Counted from the first letter of the stretch, positions 18,531 to 28,428 are shown. The stretch: 64,000 nucleotides of DNA from an uncultured Candidatus Saccharibacteria bacterium (GCA_964648335.1 CAZYLZ010000002.1:13637-77636), one strand, 5' to 3'. Translations and numbers: made by a program. Notes: generated by a model not told the origin, from the letters alone.

Positions 18531-18860
18531 ATGCGCAACTTCATCGCCTTCGTTTGCCTCATCCTCGCATCGTTCACCTTCGTCGGGCCGGCTTCGGCCC
18601 AGCAAGGTGTGCACCCGCATAACGTCACCGGCGGCACCCTGCGTATGGCGCCCGATCGTCCCCACCACATACACCGCATGCCGAGCATGCAACGTCACAT
18701 GGAGGCACGCGGCGTCGGGCGACCGAACGGTCATTCGACCGTCATCCAGTCCTACCAGTATTGGATGAATCGGCCGCTCGGCGGGTACGCTCGTCCGAAG
18801 ATCCGCGAGCACATCATCATCCTCAGGATGCGGATGCGCCCGGAACGTCGGATGTTCTGA
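18531..18860 (+). CDS. Small secreted His-rich protein (109 aa)
   Basis: Signal peptide MRNFIAFVCLILASFTFVGPASA; mature part rich in His/Arg/Met (HPHNVTGG, RPHHIHRMPSMQRHMEARG). Confidence 0.5.
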   Translation: MRNFIAFVCLILASFTFVGPASAQQGVHPHNVTGGTLRMAPDRPHHIHRMPSMQRHMEARGVGRPNGHSTVIQSYQYWMNRPLGGYARPKIREHIIILRMRMRPERRMF

Positions 18861-18984
18861 GTTCTTTCGAGGCCCCGATTCACGCTTGCGTGGACGGGGT
18901 CTCTTCTTTTATGGCGCGAAAACAGAGTTGCTCGCAGATATTAGTGATGTTACAACCAAACAAGACAGTTTAGAGGAGAACGAC

Positions 18985-19479
18985 ATGTCATCGAAAGCAG
19001 ACTACTCTCTGCATCAGAGACTTACTCTTGCTCAGCATATAGTGAGTATCTACCAGCATCCTTGGTTTGGATATCATTCAGCTCGCGAGCATGTCACCAA
19101 AGGGAAGATGCTGATGGTGATTTACATCACCGACGGCGAAGAAATAATTACTCAAGCCGATGTTGGTAGGCTTGTTGGTGTCAGCAACCCTAATACGCTC
19201 AAAAGAATAGTCACGAGTGTTATAGCTGATGGATATATAACGTATGGTCCGCACCCGACCGATCGGCGTAAGAAAGGTCTTTTTGCAACCGATAAGCTTC
19301 GTTGCCGGGCCTCGGAGGAGCTCGAATATTTGGCGCGACTGTCTAGGACGACCATGACGGAAATGTTGATGAAACAACCACTACCACAAACAGGCGCACC
19401 ACAATTTAAGCTTCGTGTGCGAGTAAAGGCAAAACGCATGATAAATGCGAAAGACCCGCGCAAACAAGAGCCCTCCTAA
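18985..19479 (+). CDS. MarR-family winged-helix transcriptional regulator
   Basis: GAGGAG SD before the ATG at 18985; wHTH core ITQADVGRLVGVSNPNTLKRIVTSVIADGYITYGPHPTDRRKKGLFATDKL (includes the DRR motif typical of MarR). Confidence 0.6.
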   Translation: MSSKADYSLHQRLTLAQHIVSIYQHPWFGYHSAREHVTKGKMLMVIYITDGEEIITQADVGRLVGVSNPNTLKRIVTSVIADGYITYGPHPTDRRKKGLFATDKLRCRASEELEYLARLSRTTMTEMLMKQPLPQTGAPQFKLRVRVKAKRMINAKDPRKQEPS

Positions 19480-19508
19480 CGGAGGGCTCTCACATTTCCC
19501 ATCATTAT

Positions 19509-19751
19509 TTAAATGAGACCGGCTTTCTTGAGGGTAGCAAAAGCACCATTCTTCTGGATGGTCTTGATACCCTTGGCAGATACAACAATAGTGACGGTCT
19601 TGTTGAGCTCGGGGACGAAGACCGACTTCTTCTGGAGGTTTACGCGGCGCATGCGCTTGCCGGTAGGGTTAAACTGCGTCGCACGGGTGCGGTTCGAATA
19701 GCCACCTCCCATGGTGGGCTTTTTTCCGGTTATTGCGCAGTGCTTTGCCAT
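19509..19751 (-). CDS. rpmB: Ribosomal protein L28
   Basis: MAKHCAITGKKPTMGGGYSNRTRATQFNPTGKRMRRVNLQKK is an L28-family sequence. Confidence 0.8.
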   Translation of the reverse strand: MAKHCAITGKKPTMGGGYSNRTRATQFNPTGKRMRRVNLQKKSVFVPELNKTVTIVVSAKGIKTIQKNGAFATLKKAGLI

Positions 19752-19864
19752 AGGCCACGAACTATATCCTATATTCTAAAAAATGCCAATAGCGAGGCCT
19801 CTGACGCGTATGTATAGAGTTCTTGTGCTCGGACAGGCAGTTTTCGCCGTGCTACGATTGTGCG

Positions 19865-20494
19865 ATGCAGCTCGAAGACGTCTTTCTGGTTATCGTTATC
19901 GTTATGTCGGTTGTCCTTCATGAGGTGGCTCATGGCTACATGGCAAACTGGCTCGGCGACCCGACAGCGCGCCTGCAGGGGAGACTCACCCTTAATCCCA
20001 TCAGCCACCTCGACCCAATAGGATCAGTGCTCTTGCCGGCCTTGTTCGCTTTTACGCACTCGCCGTTCTTCTTTGGTTGGGCAAAGCCCGTCCCGTACAA
20101 CCCCTACAACCTTAATGGCAAGTACGGCGAACTGTTAGTTGCCGCAGCAGGACCTGCTACCAACTTCTTGCTTGCGATCATCTTTGCGATCTTTATACGG
20201 CTCACTCCGTTTGTCCCGGTATCGGCCGAGGTGATACTTCTTATGTTCATCATCATAAACGTCAATGTAATGCTCGCGATATTCAACCTCATCCCGATCC
20301 CACCTTTGGATGGCTCCAAAATTCTCTCGGGGATCTTGCCGACGAGCCTCGCGCAAAGCTACGACGACATCCGTGCAAAGCTCGAAGCCAATCCCATTAC
20401 CGGCTTTCTCATCGTCATAGTGCTCGTGAACATCTTTGGCGGCGCATTCTCGGGTATTGTGCTGCTGGCGTCACATGTCCTCGCCGGTATCTAG
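19865..20494 (+). CDS. M50-family (site-2-protease-like) integral membrane zinc metalloprotease
   Basis: HEVAHGYMANWLGDP (HExxH) within a TM helix; LNPISHLDPIGSV (LDG-like) motif; several TM helices. Confidence 0.75.
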   Translation: MQLEDVFLVIVIVMSVVLHEVAHGYMANWLGDPTARLQGRLTLNPISHLDPIGSVLLPALFAFTHSPFFFGWAKPVPYNPYNLNGKYGELLVAAAGPATNFLLAIIFAIFIRLTPFVPVSAEVILLMFIIINVNVMLAIFNLIPIPPLDGSKILSGILPTSLAQSYDDIRAKLEANPITGFLIVIVLVNIFGGAFSGIVLLASHVLAGI

Positions 20495-20511
20495 GTCACC
20501 AAACCTACCGT

Positions 20512-21453
20512 ATGAGCACCTTTGAAAGACTGAGTACGACTCGCGAGAGCATCCCACTCATACCTGCCCGTGAACGGCTTATAGGACCAGAGGGTTTTGT
20601 GCGGAACATCGACGCAGAGATCGAGAAGGGCTCCCATACCCCGTATCCTGGCTACCCTGCATACGAAGTGCGCATCAGGATGACACCTGGGCAGATCAGT
20701 GCGTGGCGCGAGAAGGGGAGCAAGGGTGCCGACCTTCCTGTCGCGATGGTCTTCGATCACCCGAATTATCTGAAGGGCGTCGAAAATGGAGTCGCACACA
20801 GGGCAGACATCGATTCATTCGTACCGAACGTCGAAAAGATGCTTTCGAGCGGCAGAATCGGCGGCAACGGCTTCTATTACGAAGGTGGTATCAACGAGAC
20901 AGCCGATCCAGTGCTTCTTGTCGAGGACGAGGGATTCCTCAAGGTGTGCCTTATCGAGCGAGCGGACGTGACCGCTGACAACCCATGGCGCTGGGCACTG
21001 CCGGGCGGCATGAAGGACGCGACCGAGACATCCGTATCGGCGCTCTTACGGGAGTTTCAAGAAGAGACGGGCGAATCGCTCTTTGACGAGACCGGCGTGC
21101 TCGACACGAGTAAATTCGATCTCGAGATGTTGACTGACGAGAATGGTAATGAGCAGTTCGTCATGTATGGCGATCCGCGAGGCACTATCAATGCGATACC
21201 GGCCGGTAAAGCGGCGCTCATTACGCCGAAGAATACCGAGGTTGCCCGCATACTCTTGAATATGCGACTCAAGCCCAAGCTCGAGTCCGAGCCCGAAGTT
21301 CGATCTATTCGATGGAAAGTCGCCAGCGCCGACGTGATCGAAAGTACCTTTTCCTCGCACCCAACCCTTATCATGCGTGCCATAGAGCAGTGGCAAAAGA
21401 GGCATCCCGGGATGGTCGTGGGGAAGGATGGCACAGTGGGCAGAAGTGCCTAG
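20512..21453 (+). CDS. NUDIX hydrolase with an N-terminal extension of about 130 aa
   Basis: Nudix box GGMKDATETSVSALLREFQEETG (Gx5Ex7REUxEExGU). Confidence 0.7.
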   Translation: MSTFERLSTTRESIPLIPARERLIGPEGFVRNIDAEIEKGSHTPYPGYPAYEVRIRMTPGQISAWREKGSKGADLPVAMVFDHPNYLKGVENGVAHRADIDSFVPNVEKMLSSGRIGGNGFYYEGGINETADPVLLVEDEGFLKVCLIERADVTADNPWRWALPGGMKDATETSVSALLREFQEETGESLFDETGVLDTSKFDLEMLTDENGNEQFVMYGDPRGTINAIPAGKAALITPKNTEVARILLNMRLKPKLESEPEVRSIRWKVASADVIESTFSSHPTLIMRAIEQWQKRHPGMVVGKDGTVGRSA

Positions 21454-21521
21454 GGTACAGCATTCGCAGAGCAGAAAGCCGACTGATTCCGTCGCCCTAT
21501 CGAGCCGTTTCGGGCCCGTTC

Positions 21522-21550
21522 TTGCAAACTCAAGCATTACGTAGTAGTAT
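21522..21550 (+). promoter_or_regulatory. Candidate sigma70 promoter for rpsL-rpsG (TTGCAA, 17 nt, TAGTAT)
   Basis: ttgcaa at 21522-21527; tagtat at 21545-21550; about 35 nt upstream of the rpsL ATG. Confidence 0.4.
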
Positions 21551-21585
21551 CCCAAAGCGCCGATTGCGCGATTTTTTCTACACAC

Positions 21586-22008
21586 ATGTCAACCATAAAC
21601 CAGCTCGTAAAGAAGCGCCGCCGCGACAAAATCACCAAGACCAAGACCACTGCTCTTGGCCGTGGCTTTAATGCGCTCGAAAACCGCCCTACCTTCTATC
21701 CGGCACCGTTCAAGCGCGGCGTCTGCACCAAGGTGACCACCAAAACCCCTCGTAAGCCGAACTCAGCTATCCGCAAGATCGCTCGTGTCCGCCTTACCAA
21801 CGGCATGGAAGTCACCGCCTACATTCCGGGCGAGGGACATAACCTCCAGGAGCACTCGGTCGTACTTTTGCGCGGAGGTCGCGTTAAGGACATCGGTGTT
21901 CGCTATACTATTGTCCGTGGAAAGCTCGACGCAACCGGAGTAGAAGCGCGCCGCCGCGGCCGTTCTCGCTACGGTGCTAAGCGCCCTAAGGCAGGAGCCA
22001 AGAAATAA
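21586..22008 (+). CDS. rpsL: Ribosomal protein S12
   Basis: [48 protein letters not shown] is the S12 signature. Confidence 0.95.
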   Translation: MSTINQLVKKRRRDKITKTKTTALGRGFNALENRPTFYPAPFKRGVCTKVTTKTPRKPNSAIRKIARVRLTNGMEVTAYIPGEGHNLQEHSVVLLRGGRVKDIGVRYTIVRGKLDATGVEARRRGRSRYGAKRPKAGAKK

Positions 22009-22019
22009 TCCCATACTAT

Positions 22020-22481
22020 ATGCGACGCCCAGTAAAAAACCGCAACATGCCAGATCCAGACGAGAAGTTTGGTTCGGTTAAGATTGCAAAGCTCATCAAC
22101 TACGTCATGATCCGCGGCCAGAAGGACACTGCGCGCAAGATCGTCTACGGAGCATTCGATATTTTGGCTAAAGAAGGCGATCCGGTGATCATCTTTGACG
22201 AGGCACTTGCCAACGTCGAGCCACAGGTAGAGGTCCGCTCACGCCGCGTGGGAGGTGCTAACTACCAGGTTCCGCGCGAGGTCAACCCAGGACGCAAGAT
22301 GTCTTTGGCCTATCGCTGGATCATCCAGGCTGCACAGTCCAAGAAAGGAAAGCCGATGATGGAGAAGCTTGCAAACGAGCTCTTGGCAGCACGCAAGGGA
22401 GAGGGTGAGGCAGTCGCCAAGCGCGACAACACGCATAAGATGGCAGAAGCTAATAAGGCCTTCGCCCACTTCGCCTGGTAA
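22020..22481 (+). CDS. rpsG: Ribosomal protein S7
   Basis: S7 family sequence along its full length (MRRPVKNR...ARKGEGEAVAKRDNTHKMAEANKAFAHF). Confidence 0.95.
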   Translation: MRRPVKNRNMPDPDEKFGSVKIAKLINYVMIRGQKDTARKIVYGAFDILAKEGDPVIIFDEALANVEPQVEVRSRRVGGANYQVPREVNPGRKMSLAYRWIIQAAQSKKGKPMMEKLANELLAARKGEGEAVAKRDNTHKMAEANKAFAHFAW

Positions 22482-22660
22482 GTACCGCGCCGGTTCGGCG
22501 CATTGCTTTGTCGCGTGCGGCAGAATTTCTTTCACAATACGTTAAGTATTGCTCAAGAATATTCTGCCTTCGCTTCGCACACTGCATCCAAACCAGCGCG
22601 GTACTTGAAACTCCAGTCCGCCTCGTTCTCTATCTCAAACTAAACGTCCGCAAATACAGC

Positions 22661-22717
22661 CGATACAAAAATGCCGCTCACAATACTTCTAGTATTGTGA
22701 GCGGCATTTTTGTATCG
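22661..22717. terminator. 57-bp perfect palindrome (27-bp arms, 3-nt centre), ending in a T-run; probable bidirectional terminator or a protein/recombination site
   Basis: cgatacaaaaatgccgctcacaatact-tct-agtattgtgagcggcatttttgtatcg; lies between the rpsG stop and the stop of the minus-strand gene at 22748; the surrounding 0.7 kb is markedly AT-richer than the flanks. Confidence 0.55.
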
Positions 22718-22747
22718 CGCCTGTCACCGTATCTCAAATCTCGCGTT

Positions 22748-23140
22748 CTAGCGGATGAAATTTGGGGAAATAAAATTATGTGGATGCAAAGTAAAATCCG
22801 TCAAATAGAGAAAATAGAATGAGATACCAAATACGACGAAGGTACATATCAGTTTTAGAATACGAACTACGCTTGTGTCGCGCGCCCAATCGTATTCCCA
22901 CAAGAATAGAATGCCCCAAAGTATCGCAAAAACCGGTGCGTATATTACGCTAAGTAGTAACACATCGAAGAGCCCAGATCTTCCTTGGCCGACAACGAGT
23001 AGAATAGCGGAAATAATCGGCGAGAGTGCAAGGAGGCCACTTACGTCACGAATGATTTTTGGGACTCTGCTCATTTCGTTCAAAATAGTAACACAGGTGA
23101 GAGATTGGAGGTCATCAAAAAATGACACGACCCATCGCAT
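22748..23140 (-). CDS. Hypothetical small membrane protein (130 aa, about 4 TM helices)
   Basis: Hydrophobic helices; lies in an AT-richer patch inserted between rpsG and fusA. Confidence 0.45.
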   Translation of the reverse strand: MRWVVSFFDDLQSLTCVTILNEMSRVPKIIRDVSGLLALSPIISAILLVVGQGRSGLFDVLLLSVIYAPVFAILWGILFLWEYDWARDTSVVRILKLICTFVVFGISFYFLYLTDFTLHPHNFISPNFIR

Positions 23141-23351
23141 AACAGAATCCAGCCCTCAGCTCTGCACTTTTTTCCTGGTGTCTTTTGCTGCGACCATTCC
23201 TGCTTTGCAGTACTCCACATTAGTTAAAACACACTCGAAAGCACCCTCTGATGTACTCGTTATTTCGCGGTGTGCCAAACAGCAAGAGGTGGCGGTTTGT
23301 TTGTTGAAGGCCTGTATACTATTTGCATAGTAAGTAATCGCTTTTTTCTGT

Positions 23352-23579
23352 ATGAAAGGACCAAGGTTCGAGGTGTACCACGACAAGGCAAAGAAATTTC
23401 GTTTTCGCTTATTGGCTGCAAATGGCGAGCCGGTCGCAATGTCCGAGGCCTACGAGTCTAAAGCGAGCGTCATGAGCACCGTAAAGAGAATCGGTGCTAT
23501 GGCAGCAAAGGCTGCGATCGTCGACATGACTGTCGCTCCAAAAGCGGCACCGGCAAAGAAGGTCGCAAAAAAGAAGTAA
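23352..23579 (+). CDS. DUF1508/YegP-family small protein
   Basis: FEVYHDKAKKFRFRLLAANGEPVAMSEAYESKASVMSTVKRI matches the YegP/DUF1508 repeat (FE.Y.D..G.FRFRL.A.NGE.IA.SEGY.SKA). Confidence 0.7.
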   Translation: MKGPRFEVYHDKAKKFRFRLLAANGEPVAMSEAYESKASVMSTVKRIGAMAAKAAIVDMTVAPKAAPAKKVAKKK

Positions 23580-23604
23580 TAGATACTTTCTTCTGATGTA
23601 AGAA

Positions 23605-23630
23605 AAAGACCGGCCTCATGGCCGGTCTTT
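23605..23630. terminator. Bidirectional rho-independent terminator hairpin (aaagaccggcc-tcat-ggccggtcttt)
   Basis: 11-bp GC-rich stem with A-run/T-run flanks, between convergent genes 23352-23579 (+) and 23636-24127 (-). Confidence 0.6.
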
Positions 23631-23635
23631 GGTGT

Positions 23636-24127
23636 TTAGATAGGGGCATCGCTTGCGAGAATCCCTCCGAGATCCTCGATGAGAAGCTCATAGAACGCCC
23701 GAATCCCATCATCGAGCATAAGAGGTGCACCCTCTCTTTCTTTCGATGCGCAGCCGGAGCTGTCGATGACAATCGCCTGGCCCGATCCTGTGGCGCCGAT
23801 ATCCGTGTACACGTATGTGCAGGCAATCGGTTCGCGAAGTATTTCGGAGCTACCGTTCGGGGCGAAGATCTCCCGTTGGCGGATGACTATCGCATGGTCG
23901 GTCACGACCAACACCGGGACTCCGTTGCGTAGACGATAGTCGACGACGGCCATGGGCTCTTTCGTCTCGGGGTGCTTGATCGAGAGGGTCATCGTGTCGG
24001 ATCGCTTCCCGACGTGCTGAGCCATCCCTCGGAGCAGCTTTTCCACGTTTCGCGCGGGCTCTGCGGCGATGCCTGTGGCACCCAGGAAGATTCCTGACAG
24101 GGCCAGTGCACTCACTATTTTCATCAC
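23636..24127 (-). CDS. Secreted hypothetical protein (163 aa)
   Basis: Signal peptide MMKIVSALALSGIFLGATGIAA; no recognised catalytic motif. Confidence 0.5.
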   Translation of the reverse strand: MMKIVSALALSGIFLGATGIAAEPARNVEKLLRGMAQHVGKRSDTMTLSIKHPETKEPMAVVDYRLRNGVPVLVVTDHAIVIRQREIFAPNGSSEILREPIACTYVYTDIGATGSGQAIVIDSSGCASKEREGAPLMLDDGIRAFYELLIEDLGGILASDAPI

Positions 24128-24296
24128 TTCCTCCTGACAAGTTGCTCAGTACTAGATGCGATACTGCACCCATATCGGGGTTCTGTCTACGGGGAGCGGA
24201 AGGAGCTCTGGCGCTTTTGCATTTTGGGGCTTTTCTGGTACTCTTTCGCAACGAGCTCCGCGCTCCTTTATTTGTTATTCATTGATTGTTTTACGT

Positions 24297-26441
24297 ATGG
24301 AACGAGATTATCCACTGCAGAAAGTTCGAAACTTCGGTATCATCGCGCACATCGATGCGGGCAAGACGACCACGTCCGAGCGCATCCTCTTTTATACCGG
24401 CGAAAGCCACAAGATCGGCGAGGTGCACGAGGGTGACACCGTCACCGACTGGATGGAACAGGAGCGCGAGCGCGGAATCACCATCACTGCAGCGGCGATA
24501 ACTTGCTTCTGGAACCCTACCTACATGGGAACCGACGTCACCTTGAAGCACCGCTTCAACATCATCGACACGCCGGGCCACATTGACTTCACCTCAGAGG
24601 TGCAGCGCTCAATGCGCGTGCTCGACGGAGCAGTCGTCGTCTTTGATGGTGTTGCGGGCGTCGAACCTCAGACCGAGACGAACTGGCGCTATGCCGAGGA
24701 CGCAAACGTCCCCCGCCTCTGTTTCGTAAACAAGCTCGACCGAACCGGAGCATCGTTCGAACGCTCGTTTGGCATGATATTGGAGCGCCTTTCTAAGGAT
24801 GCTGTGCGCATGCAGCTGCCTTTGGGCGAAGAAGACGGATTCGACGGCATGGTGGACCTTTTGACCATGAAAGCTTTCAAGTTCGAAGGAGAGAAGGGAA
24901 AGAACGTTTCGACCTATGATTGCCCGGCAGACAAAGTAGAGGAGGCAAAGAAATATCGCGCCATGCTCGTAGAGAAGATTGTCGAGACCGATGACGCAGC
25001 CATGAGTGCCTACCTCGAGGGTACCGAGCCATCTGTCCCTGAGCTCAAGGCGATCTTGCGCCGCGCAGTCATCGCAAACAAGATCTTCCCGACCTTCTGT
25101 GGATCTGCTCTCAAGAACCGCGGCGTGCAGCTGGTGCTCGACGGCGTCGTTGACTACCTTCCGTCGCCACTGGACCTTCCTCCTGCAAAGGGAGTGAACC
25201 CCGATACCGGCGAAGCGATTACGCGCTCAGCTGATGACAAAGAGCCGTTCTCTGCACTCATCTTCAAGCTGCAGGTAGATCCGTTCGTGGGGCAGCTCTC
25301 GTTCTTCCGTGTGTACAGTGGTACGTTCACCGCGGGAAACTCGGTGTACAACGCGACTACCGGCAAGAAGGAGCGCGTCGGACGCATCGTCCGCCTCCAG
25401 GCAAACAAACGCGAAGAGATTAAGACCGTATTCACCGGAGAAATCGCGGCATTGGTCGGCGTTAAGGAGTCCAAGATCGGACACACCATCTGCGACGAAG
25501 ACAAGCCGATCATTTTGGAAGAGATCGAGTTCCGCGAGCCGGTTCTCCGCGCCCGCATCGAGCCTAAGACCAAGGGCGATCAGGAGAAGATGGGCATGGC
25601 GCTCAACAAGCTTTCAGACGAAGACCCAACATTCCGTGTCTCGAGCGACGAAGAGACTGGCGACACCATCGTAGCAGGCATGGGAGAGCTCCACCTCGAG
25701 ATCATGGTGGACCGCATGAAGCGCGAGTTCGGTGTCGAAGCTACTTTGGGCAAGCCACAGGTGGCGTACCGCGAGACAATCACTGGCTCTGCTGATGTCG
25801 AGAACAAGTACATCAAGCAGACCGGAGGTCGCGGACAGTATGGCCACGTCAAGATCAAGATGAAGCGCCTCGAGCCGTTGGTAGAGGGCGAGAAGATCAA
25901 GAACAACGTCAAGCGCGAAGACCACTTCGAGTTCACCAACAACATCAAGGGAGGAGTCATCCCGCAGGAATTCATCCCAGCAGTGGAGAAGGGAATCCGC
26001 GAGGCTATGACCCGTGGCATCCAGGCGGGGTACCCGGTCGTCGATATTGCAGTCGAGCTCTACGACGGTTCCTACCACGACGTCGACTCATCCGAAATCG
26101 CATTCAAGATCGCGGCATCGCAGGCATTCCAAGAGGCAGCTCGCCAGTCGAAGCCGGTACTCCTCGAGCCGGTCATGAAGGTGGTCGTGGTTACCCCAGA
26201 CAAGTTCATGGGCGACATCACCGGTAACTTCAACTCGAAGCGCGGACAGATCCAGTCGATCGACGACCGCTCGGGAGGCCTCAAGGTCATCTCGGCATTC
26301 GTGCCACTTTCAGAAATGTTCGGCTACACGACGACCCTGCGTTCGATGACCGAAGGCCGTGCAAACAACACCATGACCTTCGACCACTACGAGGTCGTTC
26401 CTAAGAACGTCGCAGACGAAGTCATCGCATCGCGCAAGTAA
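24297..26441 (+). CDS. fusA: Elongation factor G
   Basis: [23 protein letters not shown] and NKLDR GTPase motifs; 714 aa from the ATG at 24297 (the ORF track's upstream extension is spurious). Confidence 0.95.
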   Translation: MERDYPLQKVRNFGIIAHIDAGKTTTSERILFYTGESHKIGEVHEGDTVTDWMEQERERGITITAAAITCFWNPTYMGTDVTLKHRFNIIDTPGHIDFTSEVQRSMRVLDGAVVVFDGVAGVEPQTETNWRYAEDANVPRLCFVNKLDRTGASFERSFGMILERLSKDAVRMQLPLGEEDGFDGMVDLLTMKAFKFEGEKGKNVSTYDCPADKVEEAKKYRAMLVEKIVETDDAAMSAYLEGTEPSVPELKAILRRAVIANKIFPTFCGSALKNRGVQLVLDGVVDYLPSPLDLPPAKGVNPDTGEAITRSADDKEPFSALIFKLQVDPFVGQLSFFRVYSGTFTAGNSVYNATTGKKERVGRIVRLQANKREEIKTVFTGEIAALVGVKESKIGHTICDEDKPIILEEIEFREPVLRARIEPKTKGDQEKMGMALNKLSDEDPTFRVSSDEETGDTIVAGMGELHLEIMVDRMKREFGVEATLGKPQVAYRETITGSADVENKYIKQTGGRGQYGHVKIKMKRLEPLVEGEKIKNNVKREDHFEFTNNIKGGVIPQEFIPAVEKGIREAMTRGIQAGYPVVDIAVELYDGSYHDVDSSEIAFKIAASQAFQEAARQSKPVLLEPVMKVVVVTPDKFMGDITGNFNSKRGQIQSIDDRSGGLKVISAFVPLSEMFGYTTTLRSMTEGRANNTMTFDHYEVVPKNVADEVIASRK

Positions 26442-26464
26442 AAGAAAGAAATGTCTTTAATGAC

Positions 26465-26496
26465 AACCACCGGCTCAAAGCCGGTGGTTTCTTTCC
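26465..26496 (+). terminator. fusA rho-independent terminator (aaccaccggc-tcaaa-gccggtggtt plus TTTCTTTCC)
   Basis: 10-bp GC stem immediately after the fusA stop, followed by a T-rich run. Confidence 0.55.
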
Positions 26497-27035
26497 TGCC
26501 CTGCATCCGCAGGGCTAGAACAAGGTCGGGAGCTCTCTCTGATAGTGGCGTTGGTTGTTAATGTAGTTACGAATCTGGTGTTCATTTGTTCCGATGGTGG
26601 ATATGAAGTAACCCCGTGCCCAAAAAGGCCCCTGAGGTAGCTTTTTCGCTTTCTTCTTGAGCCACATGGATGTCTTGCCTTTCATCACCTGCACGATGTA
26701 GGCAGCGGAGTACTTCGGTGGGATTGAGAGAAACAGGTGTATATGTTCGTCTCCTACATGCCATGCGTGGATGGAGAGCTCTTTCCACTTCGCGATGTAC
26801 TTGAACATACGCTTCAATTCGAGTTTAATGAACTTGTCCGTCAGTATCTTTCCGCGGTACTTCGGACACCAGACTAGGTGGTAGTCACAGACCCATGTCG
26901 CATGGGACTGTTTATACAGACGTCTATTCATGGTCGGTTCTGTCACCGTTGGTTAGTAATATCGACCACCGGTGATTGTACCGAGGGCTCCGCCTTGAAA
27001 CGCACACCCCAGCTACGCTGGGGGTTTATGTTGTT
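26497..27035 (-). mobile_element. IS200-like insertion sequence (tnpA only, no tnpB) with subterminal hairpins; boundaries approximate
   Basis: tnpA flanked by imperfect palindromes (gccctgcatccgcagggc at 26499-26516; ccccagctacgctgggg at about 27010-27026), inserted immediately downstream of the fusA terminator. Confidence 0.5.
26515..26931 (-). CDS. tnpA: IS200/IS605-family transposase TnpA (HUH Y1 transposase)
   Basis: HLVWCPKYRGKIL (HuH) and the catalytic-Tyr region ...GYFISTIG...; 138 aa; AT-richer than the flanking DNA. Confidence 0.85.
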   Translation of the reverse strand: MNRRLYKQSHATWVCDYHLVWCPKYRGKILTDKFIKLELKRMFKYIAKWKELSIHAWHVGDEHIHLFLSIPPKYSAAYIVQVMKGKTSMWLKKKAKKLPQGPFWARGYFISTIGTNEHQIRNYINNQRHYQRELPTLF

Positions 27036-27037
27036 AA

Positions 27038-27071
27038 GCAAGAACCGCACGAAGTGCGGTTCTTGCTTTTT
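27038..27071 (+). terminator. Rho-independent terminator (gcaagaaccgcac-gaa-gtgcggttcttgc plus TTTTT)
   Basis: 13-bp stem followed by a T5 run. Confidence 0.6.
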
Positions 27072-27129
27072 ACTTTTGCACAGGCCATTCCATCGAGAGG
27101 CGAGCTTGCTGATACAATCAACGGTGTAT

Positions 27130-27522
27130 ATGGCAGATCAAGCCGTGCTCGGCGATGACGTGATTCTTAAGAAAGCGCTCTTGGCGGCGGCGTTGTTTGC
27201 ACTCGCCAGTGGTCTCGCGCTCCTTATGTACTGGTTACAGGTCCCCCAACCAGAAGGTCCTGGATCGCTGCAGCTGCGGCCGACGACAATCGAAGAAAAA
27301 GCCGATGTACTGCGGTCGGTGAGCGAGAGCGGTTCGCGAACCAGTGCGAATGGAGATGAAAAGCTCAAGATACTGGAGAGTCTTTCGCAGACACAACCTA
27401 TAGATGATGTGCGCGAAGCTACCACGACGGTTCCTGCCATGCCGAGATTGGACACGCAGGCATCCGGAGGTATGAGCGAAGAAGAGAAGCTCAAGATCCT
27501 GTCGGGGCTCAAGGCTCGTTAA
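27130..27522 (+). CDS. Membrane-anchored hypothetical protein (130 aa)
   Basis: ATG at 27130; TM helix ALLAAALFALASGLALLMYWL; acidic Ser-rich tail with repeated EEKLKIL. Confidence 0.45.
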   Translation: MADQAVLGDDVILKKALLAAALFALASGLALLMYWLQVPQPEGPGSLQLRPTTIEEKADVLRSVSESGSRTSANGDEKLKILESLSQTQPIDDVREATTTVPAMPRLDTQASGGMSEEEKLKILSGLKAR

Positions 27523-27525
27523 CCT

Positions 27526-28428
27526 ATGACTGCAGCAATAAAAGAATACGGCGTAACCACGATTGCATCGGTCGTGGCGATTCTCATGATAGTCGTGGCC
27601 GTCTTCGCTAAGCCTACCGATGTCCTTTCACAGAGCGCAACCGCAGTCACCGGCTGGGCGTGGAGTGATACCATCGGATGGATTTCGCTCAACTGTTCAG
27701 ATCTCGGCACATGCGCCACATCGAATTATGGGCTCTCGAAGGCGGCAAACGGGACGTTGAGCGGCTATGCGTGGAGCGACAACGTCGGGTGGGTAAGCGC
27801 CAATGCAGCCGATCTCGTCGGCTGTCCGTCGGCGCCCTGCACAGCAGTAGTCTCGGGCACCAGCTATATGGGTTGGCTCAAGGCGGTCTCGGGCGGTTCG
27901 GCGCAAAGCGGAGGCTGGGATGGTTTTATAAGTCTGAGCGGCACCGGTTATGGACTCACACAATCGGATGCGATAGTTCTCGGGTACGCATGGGGAAGCG
28001 ACAACCTCGGCTGGCTCGATTTCTCGGCCGCATATCCTTGCGCCGCGACGGCAGGATATTACTGCTCGGGTAATACACAGATGTATCGCGACAACGCATG
28101 CAACACCTCGACTATCCAATCATGTTACTCGTGTGTAGCCGGCACGGGCCAGTGTCTTCCGCCCCCGGTCGTCACCGGTACGTTTACCATACATCCAGTT
28201 CTTGTTCATTCGGGTGCGACCACAACCGTGACATGGACCACGCAAGACGCGTACTACTGCATCGTATCAGGAACAAATGGCGATACCTGGACGGCAACCG
28301 CCGGAACGCGGACATCAAGCGTAATCACGTCGCCCGTCACCTTTACTCTTACCTGTGGCGGACCCGCGGGTACTACCACCGTGAGTGCAGGCACTTCTAC
28401 GGTTGTCCCATCATGGCAAGAATACTAG
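27526..28428 (+). CDS. Secreted/anchored repeat protein with three G(Y/W)AWS(D)N(V/I)GW(I/V/L)S Trp-rich repeats and a Thr-rich beta-rich C-terminus
   Basis: N-terminal hydrophobic anchor; repeats GWAWSDTIGWIS, GYAWSDNVGWVS, GYAWGSDNLGWLDFS; C-terminal region TVTWTTQDAYYCIVSG...TFTLTCGG looks like an Ig/fibronectin-like beta module. Confidence 0.55.
   Translation: MTAAIKEYGVTTIASVVAILMIVVAVFAKPTDVLSQSATAVTGWAWSDTIGWISLNCSDLGTCATSNYGLSKAANGTLSGYAWSDNVGWVSANAADLVGCPSAPCTAVVSGTSYMGWLKAVSGGSAQSGGWDGFISLSGTGYGLTQSDAIVLGYAWGSDNLGWLDFSAAYPCAATAGYYCSGNTQMYRDNACNTSTIQSCYSCVAGTGQCLPPPVVTGTFTIHPVLVHSGATTTVTWTTQDAYYCIVSGTNGDTWTATAGTRTSSVITSPVTFTLTCGGPAGTTTVSAGTSTVVPSWQEY

Noticed and set aside
22691-22712. 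The palindrome arm agtattgTGTGAGCGGcatttttg contains a lac-operator-like core (TGTGAGCGG)
   Set aside because: Only a 9-nt core matches lacO, in a different arm context. Most likely coincidence; the palindrome is treated as a terminator/recombination-type feature instead.
24156-24296. N-terminal extension of fusA in the ORF track
   Set aside because: The EF-G G-domain begins at [25 protein letters not shown] (ATG 24297). The upstream frame is intergenic.
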